The position numbers were made by a program, and so were the translations under genes. The notes beneath the pieces were generated by a model. The model made no database searches. It had not been told where the DNA came from and was given only the letters and a program-made list of their open reading frames with translations. A DNA stretch of 64,000 nucleotides, taken from an uncultured Candidatus Saccharibacteria bacterium. Lineage in GTDB: Bacteria > Patescibacteriota > Minisyncoccia > Phycocordibacterales > Zambryskibacteraceae. The stretch is taken from contig CAYHDI010000001.1 of the NCBI GenBank assembly GCA_964355645.1, forward strand, positions 92,897-156,896, read 5' to 3'. Shown here in pieces: positions 46,902 through 55,420 of this stretch (position 1 is its first letter; each line of letters starts with the position of its first letter).

Positions 46902-47157
46902 AGTTCTCGCCTCCTTTTCGAGCGGTTAAAGACAAGGCTGGCTGTCATCCGACTACCAGCATTATTTACATTCTATATGCAATTATAAGACAATAATTGA
47001 CTTGTTTCAAGCTTGTATAAGTTGTTTTACCCATCCAGCATGCGGGCCCTTTTTGTTTGAGAATTTTATTTAATGGTTAAGTTTCGCGATTGGTTTAAGT
47101 TATATGATTACTGTACAAGTTGTTGAAATTAATGTCTATTTATATTAAAATCATTTT

Positions 47158-48855
47158 ATGGAAAACCCCGATACATACGATGATTTTTCAATTAACAGGA
47201 AGGAGAATCCTGAATTACAAAAAAAGATTGCGGAGGCCGTTTTTCTGTCTGAGGCCTTATTAACACCTGAAGAATTAGAGAGAAAATATCCCGAGAGGGA
47301 ATTACCTCCAGAAGCGATGATCACAAGAGTTGGACCCAGTCCAACAGGATTTATGCATATCGGGGGAATATATATGGCCCTTATTTCTGAAAGATTTGCC
47401 CACCAAACGGATGGTATTTATTATCTTAGAATAGAGGATACGGATAGAAAAAGAGAAGTAGATGGGGCACGAAAAGTCATCGTTGATTCACTTCACAATT
47501 TTGGACTTGACCCGGATGAGGGAGAAAAGTTTGATGGTTTAGAGCATGGAAACTATGGACCGTATTGTCAATCAGAGCGAAGGGAAGTATATGGGAGTTA
47601 TATTAAGTCACTTCTTACAAGAGGTGACGCATACTTGTGTTTTTGTAGTGAGGAGGAGCTGGAAGCTATGCAAAAAATGCAGGAAACCTTAGGTGTAAGG
47701 AGAGGATATTGTGGGCCGTGGGCTAAATGGCGGGATGCATCTCAAGAAAAAGTTTTAGATGAATTATCAAGAGGAACTCCATATGTTGTCAGGTTTAGGT
47801 CCCAAGGAGACCCTAATAAAATCTTTACCCACCATGATTTACTGAAAGGCGATGTTATTTTATCAGAAAATGATTTGGATGCTGTGATAATGAAATCAGA
47901 TGGTTTGCCCACATATCATCTTGCTCATGCTGTTGATGATCATCTCATGAGAACAAGCCATGTTTTAAGAGGTGACGAGTGGTTGCCTTCCGTTCCCCTT
48001 CACTACGAATTGTTTAAGACCCTAGGATTCGATCTCCCAGAATATGCTCATATATCTCCGATAAATAAATTGGATAATGGGAATAAAAGGAAACTTTCGA
48101 AGAGAAAGGATCCAGAGGCCAATGTTTCTTTCTATCAACAGAAAGGTTATCCTCCCGAGGCTGTTTTGGAATACCTTTTAAATCTTGCTAATTCTGATTT
48201 TGAAGATTGGAGAAAAGAAAATCCAAACACGAGTTATAAAGAGTTTGAACTCAAAATGAGCAGGTTGGCCAATAGTAACGGGCCATTGTTTGATGAGAGT
48301 AAATTAAGGGATACAGCAAAAGAAATTATCTCAAAAATGTCTGCGGATCAAATATTCGAAAATGTTTTAAATTGGGCAGAAATTAATGATTATCAATTTT
48401 TTACTTTATTAAATAATGACAAGGAATATTGGACCAGTATTTTTGGTATTGAAAGAGGGGGTAGTAATTCAAGAAAAGATATTTCAGCATGGTCTGATGT
48501 GCGTGGATTTTACGAATTCTTTGATAAAGGAAAATATCAACTGCCAAATTGGGGGAATTTCGTCTCAATTTTTAACACCAAAGAAATAAAAGAGATTTTT
48601 AGTGAATACCTTGCCATTTATGATGAGAACGATTCCAAGGTGGAATGGTTAGAGAAAATTAGACAATTATGTATCAAATATAATTTGGCGCCAAATTTAA
48701 AAACATACAAAGCAGACAAAACTAATTTTAGAGGCCATATAGGAGATCTTACTCAGTGTATACGCTTTGCAATTACTGGAAGAACTCAATCGCCTGATAT
48801 TTTTGAGATAATAAAAATATTAGGCAAAAGTGAGGTTTTTCGAAGACTTGCATAA
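47158..48855 (+). CDS. gltX: glutamyl-tRNA synthetase
   Basis: Class I HIGH motif (PSPTGFMHIGGIYMAL), KMSKS-like KLSKRK, and an anticodon-binding C-domain over 565 aa. Confidence 0.85.
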   Translation: MENPDTYDDFSINRKENPELQKKIAEAVFLSEALLTPEELERKYPERELPPEAMITRVGPSPTGFMHIGGIYMALISERFAHQTDGIYYLRIEDTDRKREVDGARKVIVDSLHNFGLDPDEGEKFDGLEHGNYGPYCQSERREVYGSYIKSLLTRGDAYLCFCSEEELEAMQKMQETLGVRRGYCGPWAKWRDASQEKVLDELSRGTPYVVRFRSQGDPNKIFTHHDLLKGDVILSENDLDAVIMKSDGLPTYHLAHAVDDHLMRTSHVLRGDEWLPSVPLHYELFKTLGFDLPEYAHISPINKLDNGNKRKLSKRKDPEANVSFYQQKGYPPEAVLEYLLNLANSDFEDWRKENPNTSYKEFELKMSRLANSNGPLFDESKLRDTAKEIISKMSADQIFENVLNWAEINDYQFFTLLNNDKEYWTSIFGIERGGSNSRKDISAWSDVRGFYEFFDKGKYQLPNWGNFVSIFNTKEIKEIFSEYLAIYDENDSKVEWLEKIRQLCIKYNLAPNLKTYKADKTNFRGHIGDLTQCIRFAITGRTQSPDIFEIIKILGKSEVFRRLA

Positions 48856-48867
48856 ACGACAAACAGA

Positions 48868-49818
48868 ATGGACAGCTTGTTTTTTAAGAAAAAAGAGGTT
48901 GCCGAATCTTTAAAAAGACTTTCTAAAAACATTATTTCATATTATGTTGATTATAAACTAATGTCTAAGAATGCCATTCATGAACTCAACACAAAGACAA
49001 AGAATAGGCAATTTCAAAATAATATTATTGGCGCGTTCACACTGAGCACTTGTTTGCGGCAAGAAATTTATTCATTTGGTTCCAAAAAAAGTGTTGATGA
49101 TGAAAATTATTACGCATGTTTGAGTGGAAAATTAGCACTAAGAAGATTAATTACTATTGCCTGCGGTCTTCACTCAGAAATTATTGGTGAGAAAGAAATA
49201 TTTTTACAATTAGGTAATTCAATACTTTTTGCTTACGATCAGTCATTAATATCAAAGATGTTATGTAGCGATTTATTGAATATCTTATATATTGCGGATG
49301 AATTAAAGAAGAAATTTAGTATACAAACAGATGAGAACTACTCAACTGTCGGTGTTTCAATTATGGCAGGTTTTGCAAATTCTAATTCAACGTTATGTAT
49401 TATTGGTTCTGGATATATGGCTCATGTTTTTATTAAGAATTTCAAATCAATAGAGTATAAGAAAATAATATGGATTAGTCGGGACATAGACAGGCTTAAA
49501 AAAATAGTCGGTATTACAGGTGTTGACAAAGATAAAGTAGTTTACGTAGAAACAAAAGATGCAATTAAATATATACAAGAAGCGGATCTAATTTTTGCAG
49601 CTACAAATAATACTGATACCCCATATCGCCGTATGCTTTTCCCCAAAGCAAAAGCTATTATTGATGTTTCCTACCCGTCGCTTTTTTCTGAAGGTTGTAA
49701 CTCAAATTTTATTTCTATTCAAAACACATTTTTTGAAAAATTGATTAGTAAGCCGGTAGACAAAATATCAATACTCAAGGTTGAAAAGGCGATTGATAAG
49801 TTACTAAAAATTATATGA
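48868..49818 (+). CDS. glutamyl-tRNA reductase (HemA)-like protein, C-terminally truncated
   Basis: Block-wise alignment to E. coli HemA: FTLSTCLRQEIY vs VLSTCNRTELY (catalytic Cys retained); IACGLHSEIIGEKEIFLQ vs VASGLDSLVLGEPQILGQ; CIIGSGYMAHVF...IIWISRDIDRLK vs LLVGAGETIELV...MIIANRTRERAQ; EADLIFAATNN vs EADIIISSTAS; AIIDVSYPS vs LLVDIAVPRD. Lacks the ~100-aa dimerisation domain. Confidence 0.6.
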   Translation: MDSLFFKKKEVAESLKRLSKNIISYYVDYKLMSKNAIHELNTKTKNRQFQNNIIGAFTLSTCLRQEIYSFGSKKSVDDENYYACLSGKLALRRLITIACGLHSEIIGEKEIFLQLGNSILFAYDQSLISKMLCSDLLNILYIADELKKKFSIQTDENYSTVGVSIMAGFANSNSTLCIIGSGYMAHVFIKNFKSIEYKKIIWISRDIDRLKKIVGITGVDKDKVVYVETKDAIKYIQEADLIFAATNNTDTPYRRMLFPKAKAIIDVSYPSLFSEGCNSNFISIQNTFFEKLISKPVDKISILKVEKAIDKLLKII

Positions 49819-50477
49819 AAAAAGTGACCGATGCAAAGATTGTTGACCTTGTTGTAGATATGGTTCCCAAGACCAAGATAATTTTTATCACTGCCCAATA
49901 CGGGAAGTCAACAAGTGATGTTGATATCTATTGTGTTGCTGACGTTAGAAAATCATATGTTCACATTTTTTTAAAAAATGATCGTTTGTATGAAATTTTT
50001 ATTGATAGCATCAAAAATCTTAAGAAAAAAGCAAAAAATAAAGATGAGATAACTTTTTCATTTTTGCATAGAATGAGGTTGGTTTATGGTGACAAAACCG
50101 TTCATAATAATTTCAAGAATTTATTCCCAACAAGATATTCTATGCCCGAATACAGACTCCAGAAGTTAATATATCGAATTAAAGTTATTAGTTCGAAATA
50201 TACTTCCTCAAAAAATGATTTGTTGAGGAATTTTTTCCTAGGACAGCTTATTCAATATTTTATAATGTTGGAGTTTCATCTGAATGGTATATGGCCAGCA
50301 AGTCCTAAGAAATGGCTGGAACAACTTAGTCAAATGAATACGGCAACCTCTAAACAGTTAATAAGTTTGATTGCAAATAAAAACACAAATGTTGGCTCCC
50401 TTATATTAGAATACACCAAGAATTTTAAGGGGCTAGATTTGGAATATTTTACAACCAATCAAACATTAATTGTGTAA
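49815..50477 (+). CDS. putative nucleotidyltransferase-fold protein
   Basis: GKSTSDVDIYCVAD resembles the pol-beta NTase G-S...D-x-D signature. Start overlaps the hemA-like stop (ATGA). Confidence 0.4.
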   Translation: MKKVTDAKIVDLVVDMVPKTKIIFITAQYGKSTSDVDIYCVADVRKSYVHIFLKNDRLYEIFIDSIKNLKKKAKNKDEITFSFLHRMRLVYGDKTVHNNFKNLFPTRYSMPEYRLQKLIYRIKVISSKYTSSKNDLLRNFFLGQLIQYFIMLEFHLNGIWPASPKKWLEQLSQMNTATSKQLISLIANKNTNVGSLILEYTKNFKGLDLEYFTTNQTLIV

Positions 50478-50506
50478 TTATCGGTTCTTTCCCTGTTTTA
50501 GATCTT

Positions 50507-50590
50507 GTGGATACCCACAACTTTTTTAAAGAGAATACTATATAATAGAGAATAGTAATTCTTTAATTTTCTTAAACTAATGAAAAAAGA
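50507..50590 (+). repeat. copy 1 of 70-bp direct repeat + ATGAAAAAA (duplicated promoter/5' end of the surface protein gene)
   Basis: TGTGGATACCCACAACTTTTTTAAAGAGAATACTATATAATAGAGAATAGTAATTCTTTAATTTTCTTAA is identical at 50507-50576 and 52256-52325. Both copies continue into ATGAAAAAA. Confidence 0.85.
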
Positions 50591-50593
50591 GCG

Positions 50594-50620
50594 TTGTGGG
50601 GTTACCACAACGCTCCGTGT
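50594..50620 (-). terminator. rho-independent terminator of the metzincin cassette
   Basis: GAGCGTTGTGG-GGTTA-CCACAACGCTC (11-bp stem), followed on the minus strand by TTTTTTCAT. Confidence 0.6.
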
Positions 50621-50665
50621 TTCGCGCGAATGGATATCGCAGAAACTATGCAAATCAATCCAATC

Positions 50666-52033
50666 TTACTGGCAAACGGTTTTTTCGAGAGCAAGTTTGA
50701 GCATGAACTCGCGCTGACCCTGATGTGCTTCCATGATCGAGCACCGAAGACCACCGTACTTCCTCTCGAGATCCCTCGTCTTGTACAGCATGAGAATGTA
50801 CAGGACGTCGTACTTGCTGGGATATCCGGGCACGAACCCGGTGCGATCATCAATGGTGAATCCCTCGCACTTCTGACCCTGAAGGCTTTGGAATCCGCAC
50901 CCGTGACCAACTCCAACGAAATGGAGCAGTTCATGGCGGAAACTTCCCGGATTCTTGCGCCAATCGTCGAGAGACATGGATACGACTAGACCTGCCCCAA
51001 GCTCTCCATTCCCTAGATAACTTACTCCACCTTGAGCTGGGATAGGAGCAATCTTTGAGGAGATGTATACATTCACGCCGTCTGTCGTCGTGACCTCGCT
51101 CTGATTTCCAGCACGAAGGTATTGACTACCGAAGTACTGGTTCAGAACGTCTGCAGCTGACCATGCCAGTGCCGAATCGGTCGGAGCGAATTGAGCATCG
51201 CCCAAATCGTTTCGGAGCGCATACGGCTGTGGGAGGGTCTTGTGAGTGGCGTTGTTGTAATACCACACACCATTCACAAGTTGACGAGGGTAGAACGATG
51301 AACCATCACTCCCCGCAATGTACGCCAAGCTGATGTCGAACGGTAGCCTTACGCCGGCATACACGCCCGAAGGAATGGTCATGCCGAGAGGCTCAACAAC
51401 GAGTACAAGAGTCTTCGTCATGTCCGCCTTCCGGATGGTTCCGTCGCACTTCCTCGCCGTGTACAACCGACTCGTCCCAGGCATCGCGTCAACAATGCAC
51501 GAAACAGAATCGGTATTCGCAAGCGCGGTCGGAAGAGTGAAACTTCCGTCCGATGACGTCACATCAACACTTGCAGTGTCGGCACCCTTGAAAAGAGTGA
51601 CACGTACACTCTTCGGTGTAGCCCAATCATTTGCCAGGTCGACAATCATTACTCGACCATTCACAACTGACTGTGGTACAGGAACGGGCTTGCAGTCACT
51701 CTTGGTATCTCCGCTCTTTACCGAATGTACCGTAGCACAAACAGTATAGAGTCCGGGCATCGCGGGTACTGTGCCACACGTAGCTGGGTTGCCATTCACC
51801 GTGCAGTCAGTCGTAACGCTTCCAACGTTTGAGGAAGCTTGGACTGAAATCACGATCAGAGGCATCGGGTATGCCTGCGTCACAGACGCCGACACATTCA
51901 CCGAAAGCGTTTCTTGCACCGGCGGGGGCGGAGGATTTCCATTCCCCGTCGGAGAACTGCCACACGCTGTGGCAATGAAAGAGATCACGGCCGCGCAAAC
52001 GGCCGTGGCGAAACCACGGATGATGCGCGACAT
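50666..52033 (-). CDS. secreted lipoprotein zinc metalloprotease (metzincin-like HExxHxxGxxH), GC-rich foreign gene
   Basis: Lipoprotein signal MSRIIRGFATAVCAAVISFIATAC|GSS and the motif HELLHFVGVGHG. GC is about 55-60% against ~33% in the flanks. It has its own promoter (TTGACA x2 ... TATGGT) and SD (CAGGAGG) at about 52040-52200. Confidence 0.6.
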   Translation of the reverse strand: MSRIIRGFATAVCAAVISFIATACGSSPTGNGNPPPPPVQETLSVNVSASVTQAYPMPLIVISVQASSNVGSVTTDCTVNGNPATCGTVPAMPGLYTVCATVHSVKSGDTKSDCKPVPVPQSVVNGRVMIVDLANDWATPKSVRVTLFKGADTASVDVTSSDGSFTLPTALANTDSVSCIVDAMPGTSRLYTARKCDGTIRKADMTKTLVLVVEPLGMTIPSGVYAGVRLPFDISLAYIAGSDGSSFYPRQLVNGVWYYNNATHKTLPQPYALRNDLGDAQFAPTDSALAWSAADVLNQYFGSQYLRAGNQSEVTTTDGVNVYISSKIAPIPAQGGVSYLGNGELGAGLVVSMSLDDWRKNPGSFRHELLHFVGVGHGCGFQSLQGQKCEGFTIDDRTGFVPGYPSKYDVLYILMLYKTRDLERKYGGLRCSIMEAHQGQREFMLKLALEKTVCQ

Positions 52034-52255
52034 TGAAACCTCCTGCCTGACGAATCAGGACTTTTAGATTGGATGATTACAAAGAACTGTTCAGTCGAAC
52101 AGCTCTTCATAGAGGAGTCATTCGACTCAGGCGCTTTCGCACCTCTTACGTCCACCATACACCCAAACCATAAATTTGTCAAGTGTCAAGTCCATCTTCC
52201 CTGTGTATAGCTTTTTAGTCGGAAATCATGCCTAAGAGACATATTTACTCAATCA

Positions 52256-52337
52256 TTGTGGATACCCACAACTTTTTTAAAGAGAATACTATATAATAGA
52301 GAATAGTAATTCTTTAATTTTCTTAACAATGAAAAAA
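52256..52337 (+). repeat. copy 2 of the 70-bp direct repeat (native promoter of the surface protein gene)
   Basis: Identical to 50507-50576. Carries the palindromic TTGTGG-ATAC-CCACAA element and TATAAT-like boxes. Confidence 0.85.
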
Positions 52338-54596
52338 CAAATTTTATTTAAAAGCTTTATTCTCTTGTTTGTTGCAAGCATTACTCTTTTCAGTTCTCAA
52401 AAAGTTGAAGCGTATCAGATGGAATTTTTTGCCAGTGATGGGATGGGGGGTAATACATCGATAACATCGAACACCCTTGACGCTGTGGCTCCAACCTTAA
52501 CAACAACTTCCTCTTCTATCACATTGTATGTTGAGGGAGGGCCATTAGACGGGACACCATACCTTCTAAAATCATCGAGTCCAGCAACAGCATATAGTGG
52601 TACAACTGCTTTTCCTATAGATTCAGGATTTGACAACCAATATATCACTGGTCTTACGCCCGGTGATTACACGTTTCGTGCACGTCTATCAAACACCCAA
52701 GATGGCGGGACAACATATCTTTATGCAGAAATTCCTGTTCGTGTCGTAGCCACATCCGCCACAGTGAATGTTTCTCTAAACTCATGCCCAACTGGTACTA
52801 CGTACGGTTCGAGTACAGGGAACAATGGGACACAGCCGGGAGGAACCTTCACCTTTACTCCAGCATCAAATGGAACTCAAGTTACCATAAGTGTAACAAC
52901 TCCGGTTGATTATGTATTTGATTGGACGACGCCGAGTTCACAAATAGCTTATCAAGGAGGTTCCTATAATTTTACAGGGCTATGTAGACAACAAACACCG
53001 CCTGTAACTGCTGACATAAAAGCCAATGGTTCTGACGACCCAATTACTATTACTTCTGGACAATCAGCCTCGCTTACTTGGTCATCAACAAATGTAAGAT
53101 CTTGTTCGAGTGCGGATTTTTCAACTGGGAATGTCACTTCTAATTCAACAGGAGTATCTGTATCACCCACAGCAACGAAGACTTACAACCTAACTTGTAC
53201 ATCTAATGATGGGCGAACTGGAATAGATAGCGTAACCGTGAATGTTGTCTCCGCTCCAGCTCCAACGGTCACAGTTACCGCTAGCCCAGCTTCAATAAGT
53301 TCTGGGGGTTCTTCTACAGTCTCGTGGTCTTCAACGAATGCCACCTCTTGTGCTTCTAATTGGTGGAGTGGTTCCTCATCTACTTCCGGCTCGGTAACTG
53401 TTTCACCTTCTGTGACAACGAATTATACGAAAACCTGTTCAAACGCTTCCGGAAGCAACACTGGTTCTGCCACGGTTTCTGTCACTCCTGGTGCTTCGGC
53501 TAACCTGACAGCAAATCCAACTACCATGACGAAGGGTAACGGTACCATTCTGAACTGGACGAGTACCAATACGAGCTCGTGTAGTGGAGTCGGCTTCAAT
53601 ACTAGCGGAGCCACTTCGAATACAGTGTCTTGGTACTATTGGATTGCCCCAACTCAAACCACTACTTATACCTTGAATTGTATTTCAAGTGTCGGCGGCC
53701 CAAATCCATCATCAAGTGCGACAGTGACGGTGACTGCTCCGACTGTAGCTACGATCATACTTTATGCTGGTTTGGCTCAAGGTGGGGGAACTGTTAATCC
53801 TGGAAATTTTAGCAATACTGGTCAAACCCCGACTCCTATATATGTGACCCCGAATCCTACGAACGGTACGACTTACACTGTGACTCCTTATAATGTTTCA
53901 GGATACACAGCGTCTGTTGAAGATGGTCAGACAGGAGTACCTGGAGCTTCGGCCTTGCTGTTCCCCGGGGATTCCAAGTATTTCTCAGTGATTTACACTT
54001 CATCCTTCAATTATTCTCTCTCGAATTCTGGAGCAACCACAGTGCCGAAGGGTGGTTCAGGACAAAATACCATCACTGAAACACTCGTGAGTGGAACTTC
54101 TCAACCAGTCACCCTCGCTGTTTCTGGTGTTCCGGCCGGAGTTTCTGCCACACTTTCTACATGTTCTCCTGTGAATCCAACATGTACTTCGGTCATCACG
54201 TTTACAGTTCCTGCGAATACTCCAGCTGGGGATTACAACGTCACCGTGACCGGCAGTCCTTTGTCCAAAACAACGAATCTTACTCTTCGTGTAGTGAACA
54301 ATCCTGCTATTACTTCTACTTGCGTGGCCTCACCTTCCTCGGCCCTTGTTGGCCAAACGGTGACTTGGACAGCGAATGCTTCAGGTGGAACCCCGCCCTA
54401 TACCTATAGTTGGTCTGGTTCAGGAATTCCTACAGATCCCGCACCAAGTTCAGCCTCATTTGGTATCACTTACTCAACTATTGGACAGAAAACTGCTCAA
54501 GTCGTAGTGACCGACTCACTCTCGTCTACTGGTTCGTGCCCAGCCCCCGGTGGTACAGTTCAAATCAACTTCAACCCACAGTTCAAGGAGTTTTAA
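52329..54596 (+). CDS. large secreted surface protein with tandem Ig-like repeats and C-terminal PKD domain
   Basis: Signal peptide, then three ~85-aa repeats with the conserved pattern sWsSTN..SC...........TY.L.C (53040-53760), and a PKD-like ...GGTPPYTYSWSGSG near the C-terminus. Confidence 0.65.
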   Translation: MKKQILFKSFILLFVASITLFSSQKVEAYQMEFFASDGMGGNTSITSNTLDAVAPTLTTTSSSITLYVEGGPLDGTPYLLKSSSPATAYSGTTAFPIDSGFDNQYITGLTPGDYTFRARLSNTQDGGTTYLYAEIPVRVVATSATVNVSLNSCPTGTTYGSSTGNNGTQPGGTFTFTPASNGTQVTISVTTPVDYVFDWTTPSSQIAYQGGSYNFTGLCRQQTPPVTADIKANGSDDPITITSGQSASLTWSSTNVRSCSSADFSTGNVTSNSTGVSVSPTATKTYNLTCTSNDGRTGIDSVTVNVVSAPAPTVTVTASPASISSGGSSTVSWSSTNATSCASNWWSGSSSTSGSVTVSPSVTTNYTKTCSNASGSNTGSATVSVTPGASANLTANPTTMTKGNGTILNWTSTNTSSCSGVGFNTSGATSNTVSWYYWIAPTQTTTYTLNCISSVGGPNPSSSATVTVTAPTVATIILYAGLAQGGGTVNPGNFSNTGQTPTPIYVTPNPTNGTTYTVTPYNVSGYTASVEDGQTGVPGASALLFPGDSKYFSVIYTSSFNYSLSNSGATTVPKGGSGQNTITETLVSGTSQPVTLAVSGVPAGVSATLSTCSPVNPTCTSVITFTVPANTPAGDYNVTVTGSPLSKTTNLTLRVVNNPAITSTCVASPSSALVGQTVTWTANASGGTPPYTYSWSGSGIPTDPAPSSASFGITYSTIGQKTAQVVVTDSLSSTGSCPAPGGTVQINFNPQFKEF

Positions 54597-54617
54597 GGAA
54601 TTATTAAATTAGGTCAA

Positions 54618-54650
54618 TCAGAAACCCCGCCGAAAGCGGGGTTTCTGATA
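54618..54650. terminator. bidirectional rho-independent terminator
   Basis: GAAACCCCGC-CGAAAG-CGGGGTTTC perfect stem-loop. Confidence 0.6.
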
Positions 54651-54661
54651 TACTTAAACCA

Positions 54662-55420
54662 ATGGCAAAACAAATTTTGGTGGCCAATTGGAAAAATTAT
54701 CCTGATTCACTTGTGCGGGTAGGGGAAATTCTCGATGGGTTGGCAAAGAACTCAGGAATTTTCAAAAAAGTTTCTACTTTCATTGCACCACCGCTCGCGT
54801 ATTTTGAATCTATTAGTAAACGTACGAAGAGTTTCGCTCATCTGGCTTCTCAAGATATCTTTATTAAGAAGGGAACTATCACTGGAGCAATTGGTCTAGA
54901 TATTTTAAAAAGTTTCGGTGTTCGACTCTCTATCATCGGACACAGTGAACGTCGAGCGCTTGGTGAAACGAACGAAATAGTCGCGGAGAAAATAAAAGTT
55001 GCTTTGAAAGAAAATATTATTCCGCTTCTGTGTGTTGGTGAGAGCGAACGAGATAGAGAAGGGGAATATTTGGAATTTATCCGACATGAAATTCGCCTCT
55101 CACTCTCTGGAGTGAAGAAAAAGGATTCAGCGAAGAAACTTGTCATAGCTTATGAACCGATTTGGGCCATAAGCACGAAAGCTAAGGGGGTGATAGAGCC
55201 CGATGACCTGGCTCAAATGGTAATTTTCATCAGGAAAGTTTTGACTGATTTGTATGGACGTGAGACAGCAGACAAGATTTCTATTCTCTACGGAGGTTCG
55301 ATTGACCAGAACAATGTTGAAGCTCATATACGAACAGGAGTGAATGGATTCCTGGTTGGGCGAGCTTCTCTTGATTCAAAAAAGTTCGTGGAGATAGCCA
55401 AATCTCTAATTAAGAAATAA
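54662..55420 (+). CDS. tpiA: triosephosphate isomerase
   Basis: VANWKNY, IIGHSERR, YEPIWAI.T and the GGS motif. Confidence 0.9.
   Translation: MAKQILVANWKNYPDSLVRVGEILDGLAKNSGIFKKVSTFIAPPLAYFESISKRTKSFAHLASQDIFIKKGTITGAIGLDILKSFGVRLSIIGHSERRALGETNEIVAEKIKVALKENIIPLLCVGESERDREGEYLEFIRHEIRLSLSGVKKKDSAKKLVIAYEPIWAISTKAKGVIEPDDLAQMVIFIRKVLTDLYGRETADKISILYGGSIDQNNVEAHIRTGVNGFLVGRASLDSKKFVEIAKSLIKK

Noticed and set aside
50594-50989. Plus-strand 131-aa ORF starting in the duplicated promoter copy
   Set aside because: It overlaps the minus-strand metzincin lipoprotein gene, which has a signal peptide, an HExxHxxGxxH motif, its own promoter/SD and a terminator. The plus frame is a GC-rich read-through without features. 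The short 45-codon MKKERCGV... frame ending in the terminator is likewise treated as a vestige.
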